From: Histomonas meleagridis 2922-C6/04-290x
Taxonomy: Eukaryota > Protista > Parabasalia
NCBI GenBank assembly: GCA_020184695.1
Contig: JAANOX010000030.1
Location: 62,001 to 126,000 of the forward strand
DNA: 64,000 nt
Direction of reading: 5' to 3'
In this document: positions 44,741 through 55,349 of the stretch, one piece after another
Layout of the letters: every line of letters starts with the position of its first letter
Position numbering within the stretch: position 1 is the first letter of the stretch
Notes under the pieces: generated by a model
Told to the model about the DNA's origin: nothing
Seen by the model: only the letters and a program-made list of their open reading frames with translations
Databases searched by the model: none
Translations under genes and position numbers: made by a program

Positions 44741-45925
44741 ATGTTTTTTATATTTTTATTCTTCATAAATTTTAAAAAATCTAATTTAGAAAAGGATTTC
44801 ATTCCTAATTCTTCCAAATATAATGGTGATTGGGAATTTGGTGGAAGTGCTTATTTTGACAAAATTAGTAATCAATTTCAGATTATAAATTCAAAGAATA
44901 ATCCAACTGGATATGCTTGGCTTATAAATAGACTTCCAGCTGATTCATGGAAAACAATTTTTAAAATAAAATTTCAAGAATCGTCAACATCATCGAATCT
45001 TGGTTTTTGGGTAACCAAAAATTTTGGTGTAAATGGTACCATATTTGGTGGTCCGAGCAAATTTTATGGTTTTGCTATTTTATGTAATTATAATTCAACA
45101 CATTTCCAGATTGAAACTCGTGAAAGTGATGGTAAAGAAGATTATAATCCATTATCTTTCCATCCTAAATACACATACCCCATTACCACACCAGTCATAC
45201 AAATTGAACTCACATATAATTCATCACAATTTTTCATCAAATTAAATCTTGACGAAAAATCGGTAAACTCATTTCACATAACCACGGATAAATATTCTTC
45301 TATGCGCAGAGGCTGGCTTAGTATCACTGGTCAAAGTAAAGATCCGGTTTACATCGACCAAATAACGATTGAATCTTCGAAAATTAATTTTAATCATTCA
45401 CAGACACATATTCAAAAGGATAGCAACTTACAACAATTTAATGAAACAGCAGAACAATTTCTCAGGCCATATTATACGCCAAACTCACTTGATGTGATTC
45501 AATGTATTGATGAAGTTTTTAAACTTTCTGAAAATTTTTGCACTGTTAACGAAGCATGCGACACAATATCCAACCAATTACTTAATTTTTCTGATAAGTG
45601 GCAGCGTCGCTATGTTTTAACCACAAAGCAAACGAAATCACTTCGCATCGAAATCCAAAATCAATTAAATTACACCGAAAATGCATTAAGCGAACTAAAG
45701 CATTCTATTTCAAAGGATTTTGCTGAGTTCAAAGAAGATGTTCACTCCATAGAGTCGGAATTATATTACGGAGTGCTTAAGGGATACGGACTGTACAATG
45801 ATTTGAAGCAACAAAATAAAAATGTGAAGAAATTCAGTTTGCCGAATGTTATCATTGTAATGTCATTTGTCGAAATGTTTTTAGTTTTTGCTTTTGTGCT
45901 TTATAATATGCTGAAAAAAAATTAA
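44741..45925 (+). CDS. Legume-like (L-type) lectin, ERGIC-53/VIP36/Emp47 family, type I membrane protein
   Basis: Signal-like N-terminus, WEFGGSA, GLGFW-like NLGFWVT, IFGGPSKFYGFAIL, coiled coil, C-terminal TM and KKN tail. Confidence 0.75.
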   Translation: MFFIFLFFINFKKSNLEKDFIPNSSKYNGDWEFGGSAYFDKISNQFQIINSKNNPTGYAWLINRLPADSWKTIFKIKFQESSTSSNLGFWVTKNFGVNGTIFGGPSKFYGFAILCNYNSTHFQIETRESDGKEDYNPLSFHPKYTYPITTPVIQIELTYNSSQFFIKLNLDEKSVNSFHITTDKYSSMRRGWLSITGQSKDPVYIDQITIESSKINFNHSQTHIQKDSNLQQFNETAEQFLRPYYTPNSLDVIQCIDEVFKLSENFCTVNEACDTISNQLLNFSDKWQRRYVLTTKQTKSLRIEIQNQLNYTENALSELKHSISKDFAEFKEDVHSIESELYYGVLKGYGLYNDLKQQNKNVKKFSLPNVIIVMSFVEMFLVFAFVLYNMLKKN

Positions 45926-46313
45926 CATATTTGATTAAATGCCATTTGTTTATATATATGATTTAATAAATGTTTGTTTTCTTAAAAATAATATTTTTGT
46001 TAATTAGTTTTGGAAGAAAAGAAAATCAATTAAATTAAAGTTACTTGAATATTCACAAAATTATGGAATATTTTCACCGCCATTTAAACTAATTTCAGTT
46101 TTGTTCAACATGATATTAATAATTGAAGTTGTGCAAAACTTTTCATATTTTTCAGGTGTAATCTTTATATACACATTTGAACAAGGATCTAAACGTGAAT
46201 TTTTTATTATTTAAACAGAAAAATAGGACATTCTCTGGAAACATATTTTATAATATATTATTTATAATATAACAACAAAATTCAAACAAAATTTTTTTAC
46301 AAACAAACAAAAT

Positions 46314-47933
46314 TCACCAATTAATTTGGCGTATCTCGCTACTATTTGACAATGCACCACAATTTGGGCATTTTATCTTTTCGTCTTTAACGAGTGTTTC
46401 CAAACATTCTTTACAAAATGTATGGCCGCATTCAGTTATTATAACATTTCTTTTTCTCTTATAGCATAAAGGGCAATAATTTTTTATTATATTTTTATCT
46501 TTTGTAATATTTTCTTTTAATTTTATATTTATTTCTTTATAATAATTCAATCTTTCGTTTAAATAAATTACTTTTGTTTTGTCTTCGAAATTATTTTTTG
46601 TTATAACTTCGAAATACTTTGGAACAAATGAAATATTTCCAATATTTGTTAGTTCTGAAACATTATTTTTAAATTCTTTTATAGTATTTTGTATTCTATC
46701 TTTTAAATATTGTTTTTGATCTTTTATAGTTTTCTCAAAACTTAAACATTGTTGTTTTAAATATTCGATTTTATTATATATTTCATCATTTTGTTTATTA
46801 TTTTCTTTTAATTTATTTATATTATCAATTTCAGTTTTAATTTTATCATTTAAATTTTCGATATATTCGATTTCATTTATAATTTGATTCTTCATATCTA
46901 AAAATATTTTAATGTCATTATTAATAACATTAATATCATAATTTTCTTTAATGTCTTCAAGTGATTTTAATGCTTTTGCATAATAATTTAATGATTGATA
47001 TTCATAAAAATTGTTTTGGAAAAATGCGGGTTCACTATAATTTATAATTTTGGAAAATAATTTCAGCTTTTGTTTTGTTATTTTGGTTTCTTTGTCATGG
47101 CCAAGTGCTAATTCAACTAATGGAATTCGATTTAATATATCAAGTGATTTAGTAACAGATAAAAGTTCATTAAAAAAATTGGAAAAAAGTTCTTCCGATT
47201 GTTGAATTCCTATTCGTACAAATGGCGTTGACTTTAAATGATATGATTGCATTTGTATGAAAAATGGATTTTCACGAATTACATCTATTGGTGGGAAATG
47301 TCGGAAATCATTATTTAACATTGCTGAAATTTTTAAATCGCCATGAAAGTAATTTAATTCAGTAAAAGTACGGCCGATGTCAGTATAAAATTGTTGTAAA
47401 TTTCGATCATTCCCGATTTCTGATTGAAGAATTTGAAAATTATTTTTTGTCATTTTGAGTCCATCATCATCGTTAGGTTTAAAAAAACTAATGTCATTGA
47501 TTTCTGTCTTTGGTAAGATTGAAAATTTTAAGATACAATCTAAAATGAAGTTATTTCTAGATTCAATAAAATCATCAAATAAAACAAATATGTTTTTTAC
47601 TGCTTCAGATATAGTACTGTTTTTTACGTTTGTTGTTGTGTATTGATAAATTTGATTGATTAGTTGCTGAATAATTCTTATTTGGCGAACTGTTTCCTCT
47701 AATTGGGGACTTTCCTGTAAATTCAAATTAAAATATTGGCGAGCTGTGGATATAAAATCTTTTGGGAAAAATTTTTGGAAATTGATTAAATTTAAGAAAA
47801 TTGTTTGAGTAAAAGACAACAGATATGCGAGAACACTAGCAGCATTATCAGTAGCAGAATTTTCTTGGTTTTGAATTTTTTTTAAGTTTTCTAAGTAGTC
47901 ATTTAATTCTTGGTTTGGTGTTGTTTCATTCAT
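46314..47933 (-). CDS. Coiled-coil protein with C-terminal C3HC4 RING (Bre1-like E3 ligase architecture)
   Basis: CPLCYKRKRNVIITECGHTFCKECLETLVKDEKIKCPNCG at the extreme C-terminus. Confidence 0.75.
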   Translation of the reverse strand: MNETTPNQELNDYLENLKKIQNQENSATDNAASVLAYLLSFTQTIFLNLINFQKFFPKDFISTARQYFNLNLQESPQLEETVRQIRIIQQLINQIYQYTTTNVKNSTISEAVKNIFVLFDDFIESRNNFILDCILKFSILPKTEINDISFFKPNDDDGLKMTKNNFQILQSEIGNDRNLQQFYTDIGRTFTELNYFHGDLKISAMLNNDFRHFPPIDVIRENPFFIQMQSYHLKSTPFVRIGIQQSEELFSNFFNELLSVTKSLDILNRIPLVELALGHDKETKITKQKLKLFSKIINYSEPAFFQNNFYEYQSLNYYAKALKSLEDIKENYDINVINNDIKIFLDMKNQIINEIEYIENLNDKIKTEIDNINKLKENNKQNDEIYNKIEYLKQQCLSFEKTIKDQKQYLKDRIQNTIKEFKNNVSELTNIGNISFVPKYFEVITKNNFEDKTKVIYLNERLNYYKEINIKLKENITKDKNIIKNYCPLCYKRKRNVIITECGHTFCKECLETLVKDEKIKCPNCGALSNSSEIRQINW

Positions 47934-48240
47934 AGCTGCAAATAAACCATTTAACTTAACGTCTTGTATATTGAATAATCGATCTCCTAAAAAGAAGATA
48001 AAGCAATCTATGAGGTTTCCTCTATGATCACACAGGAACCCGCCCTCAGTGCATTCACAATGCTAGAGTTAATCGAAAACCTAATTATTAAAATTTAAAT
48101 TACAATTGAGAAAACGATTTGCATTAATTGCTTGTTACATCATGTCGATATATCAATTCTGATGGAAAAAAAAAAAACAAACATTTTTTACAACAAAAGG
48201 GAAGACTTCTATTCTTTAACACCCTTTCAATCATCTATTG

Positions 48241-48249
48241 AAAAAAAAA
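48241..48249 (-). terminator. Pol III oligo-dT terminator
   Basis: T9 on the minus strand 2 nt after the tRNA 3' end. Confidence 0.8.
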
Positions 48250-48251
48250 GT

Positions 48252-48324
48252 TGCCCCTGACCGGAGTCGGACCGGCGACCTTGCGCTTACGAGGCACACG
48301 CAATAACCACTATGCTACAGAGGC
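48252..48324 (-). tRNA. tRNA-Thr(CGT), 73 nt, no intron
   Basis: GCCTCTG...CAGGGGCA acceptor stem; anticodon arm TGTGC-CTCGTAA-GCGCA; T arm GCCGG-TCCGACT-CCGGT. Confidence 0.9.
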
Positions 48325-48457
48325 TTCTATTCTTTTCAAATTATTCAGATGGTTAATATTATACTTGTCTTTTCAAATTTTAGAAATTCAACAACAATTA
48401 TTGTCATTCATATCATTATCATTCATAAAACTTCACCCAATTCAAAAAAGAGAAAGT

Positions 48458-49564
48458 TTATTTACTCTTCTTCAACTCCTCAAGGATTTTTGGAGGCATT
48501 GAGAAAATAGGTAACTCGAGTCCCTTTGAGAGATTTGTAAGTGTTTGGTAGTCGAAGATAAGCATTCCGCACGCAATTGACAATGAATAGAAGAACCAGT
48601 ACTGTTTGAAGTGGTGCATCTGTGGTATGAGGTAACTGACAATTCCGAGCCAGTAGCAGATGGTTGCCCAATCGAAAAGTCTTGTTGGGCGACGACCGGT
48701 GATATGTGTGATAACAAGGCGTTGTGTGTTATACATAATTGTAAGTGCTGTTCCGAATGTGAAGTAAATGTTGTTTACAACGCTGCTATCGTTGATGATA
48801 TTCAATACTGTCAAAACCGTTGTCGTAAACATTGGCAAAAATGCCATTGTTGTGGTGTAAAGCTTCTTTTGGACAAAGCCTTTGATGAACATGTAGAATA
48901 CTGTGTAAACAACTGTGACAGCTGTTCCACCAACTAAAAGCAATTGATAAAATATGTTGTTTTTGAGTGCTATAAAATTGGGATCAATGCTAACAAGAAT
49001 ATGTGTGATTTCAAAGATAAAAAGTCCTTCAATACAGAAATTGAGGAAACCTAAATACATAAGATTGTGAACATATTGATTCCAAAAGGCAATGCAATAA
49101 CCAAATGCAATTACAAATGTCATTAAGAAGCTTTTCATGTTTGCTCCCATTTGAAGTGTGGCTGCAAGTTTAAGCATTTCAAATACATCTACAAATGCAT
49201 CAACTGCATGATCAAAGAATTGACCTATAGCAGATGAAGAATGTGTCCTTCTGGCTTGTCTTCCATCAACATTGTCGCATGTCTGATAGATAAAGAGGAA
49301 AAGTCCGTTTATAACGCAAACCCAACTTGGGAGTGGTTCTGATATTCCTTTTGAGTAAACAAATGTAAGGATAAATGAAATAAGTTCAAATACAAACCCA
49401 ATTGTTGTGATTAAATTTGCAGAACATGTTAATGGGAAAAAAGTGCAAACTTTATCACAAAATTTGGAATAGAATAAGCGCATGCAGATGCTATGATCTT
49501 CTCCATGATATGGAGTTTCGACACATGCACGGAGGTCGTTCTCGTTAAATTTGGTATCAAACAT
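48458..49564 (-). CDS. CDP-alcohol phosphatidyltransferase (choline/ethanolamine phosphotransferase, CEPT/EPT1-like)
   Basis: DNVDGRQARRTHSSSAIGQFFDHAVD signature, ANLITTIG, multiple TM helices. First ATG at 49564. Confidence 0.92.
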   Translation of the reverse strand: MFDTKFNENDLRACVETPYHGEDHSICMRLFYSKFCDKVCTFFPLTCSANLITTIGFVFELISFILTFVYSKGISEPLPSWVCVINGLFLFIYQTCDNVDGRQARRTHSSSAIGQFFDHAVDAFVDVFEMLKLAATLQMGANMKSFLMTFVIAFGYCIAFWNQYVHNLMYLGFLNFCIEGLFIFEITHILVSIDPNFIALKNNIFYQLLLVGGTAVTVVYTVFYMFIKGFVQKKLYTTTMAFLPMFTTTVLTVLNIINDSSVVNNIYFTFGTALTIMYNTQRLVITHITGRRPTRLFDWATICYWLGIVSYLIPQMHHFKQYWFFYSLSIACGMLIFDYQTLTNLSKGLELPIFSMPPKILEELKKSK

Positions 49565-50351
49565 CTGTTTGGCCAAAAAATTGTATAGAGATCGGTTTCA
49601 TATAGAAATCTGGGTAAAGTTGTGAAATTCCTTTATGGTTCTTAACGGGTCATGTAGTCGCGCGCACAGAAAAACTCAAAACCCGTGTGTAAAACATTGA
49701 AATTATGGAAATGAATATAAAAAATGCGGTAGATAAAACATTCAAACTTTTGACCAGACGATCACTGGGTGGGTTAATTCTTTAAAACTAATAGTTTTTA
49801 AGATTGTATCATCCCAAACATAAGAATATTAAACCAAATAAGTTTTTAGCAACGGTTGCCACATATATTTAAATTTAAAGGAAACATTCTATTATTTGGC
49901 ATTATTTAGAATCAAAGAAACATCAAAAAAATTAATTTTTTTTGGTACGTAATTGCAATGCAAAATATAAAGCATTTGATCTTTTTAGTAATGTTATTGT
50001 TTGTACAATTTAAATTGGAAAAGGCTGATCAACCTTTCAACCTTAAGTGAGGATATAATTTTGCTTAAGGATTTCAATTTTCTTATTCTCTCTTTTGAAA
50101 AGCATTAGCAATGCATACAATTAATTTTCGAATAATTCATAAAATTTGATTTAGAAAATGAGATTTCATAAAAATATTGAAAAATCCATGTGAAAAATAA
50201 CGTTCCAAAAGGCAACATGAATTATAAATAAAAATTATTTTTTGTTCATACAATAATGATCAATTACGAATTCTCTTGGTGTACATTTGAACTTTGGAGT
50301 TGTTATCGTCTTTTAGGGTACTCCAATTAATAAATTGGTTTTAAAACATTT

Positions 50352-53300
50352 ATGACAAATAGTATTGCTTCATATTTTAGCCAGCTCAATAAAGAAACAA
50401 GTTTTATTGTCCAAGAAAGACCTGTTACAGAATTTCATAACCAAATTGAAGAAGCACAATATAAGATGAATAATAATTGGGCAGAACCTGTTTTCCGCCA
50501 AAGTAAGTACGTATTCACATTCAACAAAATGCAAAGAAAAAACCCAGAACCAGAACCACTTTATACAGATTTTTCTCCACAAGAGAAAGATTTAACAAAA
50601 AATAAAGGGAAACTATCTGAAAAAAAAATTCACAACCTTAACATGTTAAACACATATACAAAGCCTAAGCCTGTGCCCTTAATTACAGAATCTTTTCCAA
50701 ATAAAACAATTGATAAAATTTCTCATTTTCCAGAAATCCCACAAAATTATTACAAACCTAAAAACGGCTACTTAAGTCTTTCCATAGGTAAATGTTCGAT
50801 AGATGAAAAACTTAACATAAATATGGTTGGTGGATTTTTCCAATTATTTGATTTCAAAAATCAAAAACCATTAAGCGAACCTGTGAACTTTAGAGTTTCA
50901 GATGGTTATGCCATTTTCGTCCAAACCATTGCAGAGACAGTACATTTTCCAATTCATCAAATTGGTTCATCCGTTACATTACTATGCGTAACAATCCAGG
51001 AAAAAAAGGGACACTATTATCCTTTAGCACATTCAGTTATAAAACTTTATGATGACAAAGGAAATTTTGAATTTTCTGGAGGTTTAATTAATTGGGTAAA
51101 TCTCAAAGAATGGTCTTTCAAGAACTTCACACAATCATCTTCAGATGCTCCACGTACTGTTCTCCCCATAAACTTTCAAATTAATCTTCATTATAATACA
51201 GATCTTAAGTATGAATTTACATATTCCTGGTCCAAGCAACCATGTAATTATCATATGGTAACATCTCTTCCAACTGTTTCTTATTTACCTACACCTTTAA
51301 TTATAATTAGTGGAATCAAGATTTCCAAGAAATTTTCAAAGCGAATTACAAATATTTACTTGAACTTAATGATATCGGAAGGTGAATGCAACTTCAAAAT
51401 AACATCTGGATCTAATGTCTTTCTACATGATAATCCGACCAATCTTTACTCAAGCATCAAATCCCTATCGTATGCAACCGCCGAAACCGTCGACTTTATC
51501 GACTATTTCTTTGCTTATGTTGATCATCAATTTTCAAAGAATTCACATATTTTAATCCAAATAATGGGAATTGATAAAGATCCTAATAAAGCAGACACCT
51601 TATTAGGCACCACAGTTATTCCACTTTATCAAAAAACTATTTCATCATTTAAATCCATTAAATATAAAATATTTGACCCTAAAAAACAACCAAAAGAAAT
51701 ATTTAAAGATTCATATGCAAAAGAAACATCAAAATCATATTTACAATGTGATGTTCATTTGCCATCTGCATATTTTCCACCATCGCCACTTAAAAGTGTA
51801 ATTAAAGCAATTTTACCTGAACAAGCATTACCGCCAAGTATAACGCAAATACCAAAACATTTATATAATCAACAAATTATTCCAGTCACAGCAAAACTTC
51901 TTAAACTTGTTGATCAAAATACTATAATTCATTTAATGCAATTTTTTGATAATTTTGATCCGAATTTTGTTCGAACGATTTTAAGATTTTGGATTTTCCA
52001 TGTAATGGATGTAAATTTATTTGGGCCTAATTTTATTGATAAAATATGTAAATCTACGTCACAAATCATGAAGAATAATCAAGAAAACTTTGATGCTTCA
52101 CAAGAAAACATCAGATATTATTTAAAACAAATTACATTTACATTACCAATAATTTTTGATATTTTACTTGTATCTATTTCTTTACCAGATTCAACTTTCT
52201 CTAAACCTGATTTAATTGAATTTTTGAAACTTATACCTCGAATTATAGGAAGATGTTGTAATAGATCTTATCAAGAAGATAGCTGCTCAGAAAGAACAAG
52301 AGCAGTATCATTTCGTGTAAGTAGTCCTTCTAAAATGGAATCACCAAAACCACCGCAAAATGCAATTACCTTAAATGAATCTCTTGCGAATTTCATATGT
52401 ATGTTAATGCCAAAATATTTATTATTTAAAGACGTAAATAATTTAATTTTCGAATATTTGGATACAATGAAGAAAATGAAGAAATATGCTTCATTTAAAA
52501 TATATTTCACATATTTGCAATTTGATTTTTTATTGCCATTTGCAGGTAATCAATTTTATTTTGCGAATTTAGCTTTGTCAGTAAAATCATTTCCAAATAA
52601 TATTGAAATCGTTCCATTTTTACCAGTTATGTCATTAATTTATAATGCATTTTATCAATCATTAGATAATACTAAAAAGAATAAAGAAAAAACATTAGAA
52701 ATAGAAATTGATTTTTTGTTTCAACTTGTTGTAACTTTTGAAAATGCACCAGATGAAATAAATAAAAAATTAGCGTATATTTTACAGCCATTAATAGATT
52801 TATTTTTGTTACCATTTAATACACAAATAACACGTGAAATGCAAACGAAATTAATTCCTGTTATACTTTTCATATTTTCTAAATCGGAATCTTCACAAAT
52901 CTTAAAAATGTTTTCTACTTGTGGTAATTCTTATCAATTACATTACTTAAAATTATTAAATTCAATGATTAATACCACCAATAAATCATTAGAAGAAGTG
53001 AAGCCGACATATAATAAACCACATCTTTTACTTACATATTATGATTTACTTACTAAAAACATATTAAACATATTACTTATTTGGATAAATAACTTAGGAC
53101 AACATTTATCTTATGTTGTATTAATTCTTAAGAATTTATATAACAAATTTCAACCAAAAGATAATATAAAACAATTTTATAATTTTTGTGTCCAAATTGC
53201 TCAAAAATATCCATGTCAAAGAGAATTAGTTACATGGGCATTATCATTATTAACATTTACACAACATAACACAAGATGTTTTGGTGCATCGTTATTAATT

Positions 53301-55004
53301 TCGATATTTAAATGTGATTTTGATCATACAGGTACAGTCATTATATCATCTGTTGATATGATGGATTCTCTTACATCTATTTTACTTAATTTAAGACTTG
53401 AAGAAATACCAATATATAAACTTTTATTAGGTTGTATTAAAAATATTCTTAATAAATATTTTGTCAATATAAACCCAACATTTGTACGTCTACTTCAAGG
53501 TCGAATTTATGCTGCGAAAACAATTTCTGATATTGTTGAAACACAAAAGAAATCTGATTTGCCACCAGATACTAAATGTCAAAACCTTATGATTATAGCT
53601 GATCAATATAAAACTATTCCATCAATGAGACTTAAATGGTTAAAACAAATTGTTAATGTTAATCAAGAATTTGAACATTATACATCAGCATTTATTACGC
53701 AATTACATATTGTTACATTAATAGAATCAGTAATTCAAGAAATTAATCATATTCCTTCAACTAATTACAAGAAACTTCATCAATTAATCGTGCAGCCTTT
53801 AAAGAATTCAATACAAAACGCTCAATATCAATATCCATTAGATGTTAAAAATGATTTTTCATTTGTTCCAAGTGTTTTAAATGAAGCAAAAATCGAATTT
53901 AAGAATTTAATTGAAGATGAATCAGCGCAAATTTTATTATCCGATTTTACTATTGATTTGTTAATGGATGAATTACAAAGAGCAATTCAAATAGGAGAAA
54001 AAGCTTTTATGTTTTACTCATTAAGACCTTTATATTCATTACAATTAAGATTAAATCAATCAACGCGTAATTTCAGTAAAATGTCTGAAACAATGAAAAA
54101 TTTGGGCGAATCTATTGGTAAAATTCAAACAAAATCTTCGAAAGATTATGACTTACCAATTTCATTTTATTTAGTCGAAGAAAATGGCACTAAGACACAA
54201 GAAATTTTCGTAATCTCAAACTACAAATCTGCTGAACATGCATTCATTCCTTTGTTGAATAGATACAACTGCTTTAACGGTAAAACTATTAACGTCTGCA
54301 AAAAACATTCAGAAAAATGTGACAAGGAAACCGTTTGTATCGTCCATCTAACTCCTGTTATTGAAAATGATACAAGAACTCAAGAATTCCCTCATACTTG
54401 GTATAAATTTAGAACTATTCCAACAGCTATTGATAATGATAATAAATATCAATATGTTGAGTATTTAACTAATGAAGCATTACCACGTTATAAATGGTCA
54501 TCAAAAGTGAAGTCATCGAAAACCGTTATAATGACTGAAAATGAATACGTTACGCAAAAGTACAATAAGACGATAGAATTGTTAAACAAAACTGCAGACG
54601 AATTCGAAATTTGGTTCCCATATCCTGATAATCATCAAAATAAAGCAATTAAGCCAAAAGAAGGTTTATTTACTTTGGATATTCATCGTATTTCAGATGT
54701 ATTGTCCTCAAATCTTAAAGGAACTGATTCATTTGTTTCTTTACTAAGTAAATTTAAAGAAACAAATGAAAAAGATGCTATGAAAATGGCTAATGGTGTT
54801 AGAACAGCTGCAATCAGATGTGTGAATGTTTACAGAAGAGCGGTCGAAAACTTGCAGACAAAACAAGCGTACGAGCAGCTGCTTCCGTTTTTGGAGACAA
54901 TGGTCGGTGACTTCACTGAGCAATTTGGATTGGAACCGATGGAAAAGGAATCGTATTCGTGCTTAGACGATCCGATGGAGGATGGCATCGAATTTTCTGA
55001 ATGA
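50352..55004 (+). CDS. DOCK (zizimin-like) family Rho GEF, divergent
   Basis: 1550 aa. C2/DHR-1-like region (FIDYFFAYV..SHILIQI..LLGTTVIPLY) and DHR-2 start (IADQYKTIPSMRLKWLKQI..YTSAFITQLH; YLTNEALPRY). Confidence 0.7.
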   Translation: MTNSIASYFSQLNKETSFIVQERPVTEFHNQIEEAQYKMNNNWAEPVFRQSKYVFTFNKMQRKNPEPEPLYTDFSPQEKDLTKNKGKLSEKKIHNLNMLNTYTKPKPVPLITESFPNKTIDKISHFPEIPQNYYKPKNGYLSLSIGKCSIDEKLNINMVGGFFQLFDFKNQKPLSEPVNFRVSDGYAIFVQTIAETVHFPIHQIGSSVTLLCVTIQEKKGHYYPLAHSVIKLYDDKGNFEFSGGLINWVNLKEWSFKNFTQSSSDAPRTVLPINFQINLHYNTDLKYEFTYSWSKQPCNYHMVTSLPTVSYLPTPLIIISGIKISKKFSKRITNIYLNLMISEGECNFKITSGSNVFLHDNPTNLYSSIKSLSYATAETVDFIDYFFAYVDHQFSKNSHILIQIMGIDKDPNKADTLLGTTVIPLYQKTISSFKSIKYKIFDPKKQPKEIFKDSYAKETSKSYLQCDVHLPSAYFPPSPLKSVIKAILPEQALPPSITQIPKHLYNQQIIPVTAKLLKLVDQNTIIHLMQFFDNFDPNFVRTILRFWIFHVMDVNLFGPNFIDKICKSTSQIMKNNQENFDASQENIRYYLKQITFTLPIIFDILLVSISLPDSTFSKPDLIEFLKLIPRIIGRCCNRSYQEDSCSERTRAVSFRVSSPSKMESPKPPQNAITLNESLANFICMLMPKYLLFKDVNNLIFEYLDTMKKMKKYASFKIYFTYLQFDFLLPFAGNQFYFANLALSVKSFPNNIEIVPFLPVMSLIYNAFYQSLDNTKKNKEKTLEIEIDFLFQLVVTFENAPDEINKKLAYILQPLIDLFLLPFNTQITREMQTKLIPVILFIFSKSESSQILKMFSTCGNSYQLHYLKLLNSMINTTNKSLEEVKPTYNKPHLLLTYYDLLTKNILNILLIWINNLGQHLSYVVLILKNLYNKFQPKDNIKQFYNFCVQIAQKYPCQRELVTWALSLLTFTQHNTRCFGASLLISIFKCDFDHTGTVIISSVDMMDSLTSILLNLRLEEIPIYKLLLGCIKNILNKYFVNINPTFVRLLQGRIYAAKTISDIVETQKKSDLPPDTKCQNLMIIADQYKTIPSMRLKWLKQIVNVNQEFEHYTSAFITQLHIVTLIESVIQEINHIPSTNYKKLHQLIVQPLKNSIQNAQYQYPLDVKNDFSFVPSVLNEAKIEFKNLIEDESAQILLSDFTIDLLMDELQRAIQIGEKAFMFYSLRPLYSLQLRLNQSTRNFSKMSETMKNLGESIGKIQTKSSKDYDLPISFYLVEENGTKTQEIFVISNYKSAEHAFIPLLNRYNCFNGKTINVCKKHSEKCDKETVCIVHLTPVIENDTRTQEFPHTWYKFRTIPTAIDNDNKYQYVEYLTNEALPRYKWSSKVKSSKTVIMTENEYVTQKYNKTIELLNKTADEFEIWFPYPDNHQNKAIKPKEGLFTLDIHRISDVLSSNLKGTDSFVSLLSKFKETNEKDAMKMANGVRTAAIRCVNVYRRAVENLQTKQAYEQLLPFLETMVGDFTEQFGLEPMEKESYSCLDDPMEDGIEFSE

Positions 55005-55349
55005 ATAAATTGTTATCTGGGAATTGTATTATATATAATTCATTTTAATTATAAACTTTATTTTTGACAATATAATTCAACTTTCAAATTCTTTGATCTC
55101 AATTGAAAGAAATATTTTTTATTAAGAAGTTTTTATATACCTGAATCAGCTAGTTTGAGAATGTAATCATTTACAATCAATGAAAAATCAAAAATTTTCC
55201 AATTACAAAAATGAATTGAAACGTAAAACAGAAGAAATAATGACAACAAAAGAGTATTCATTTTCTTTGTTGATATTTTTCATTTCAATTGAAATCTTTA
55301 AGAACGTCAACTTCATACAGAATCTGTTTATTAACTACAACAACTCAAT

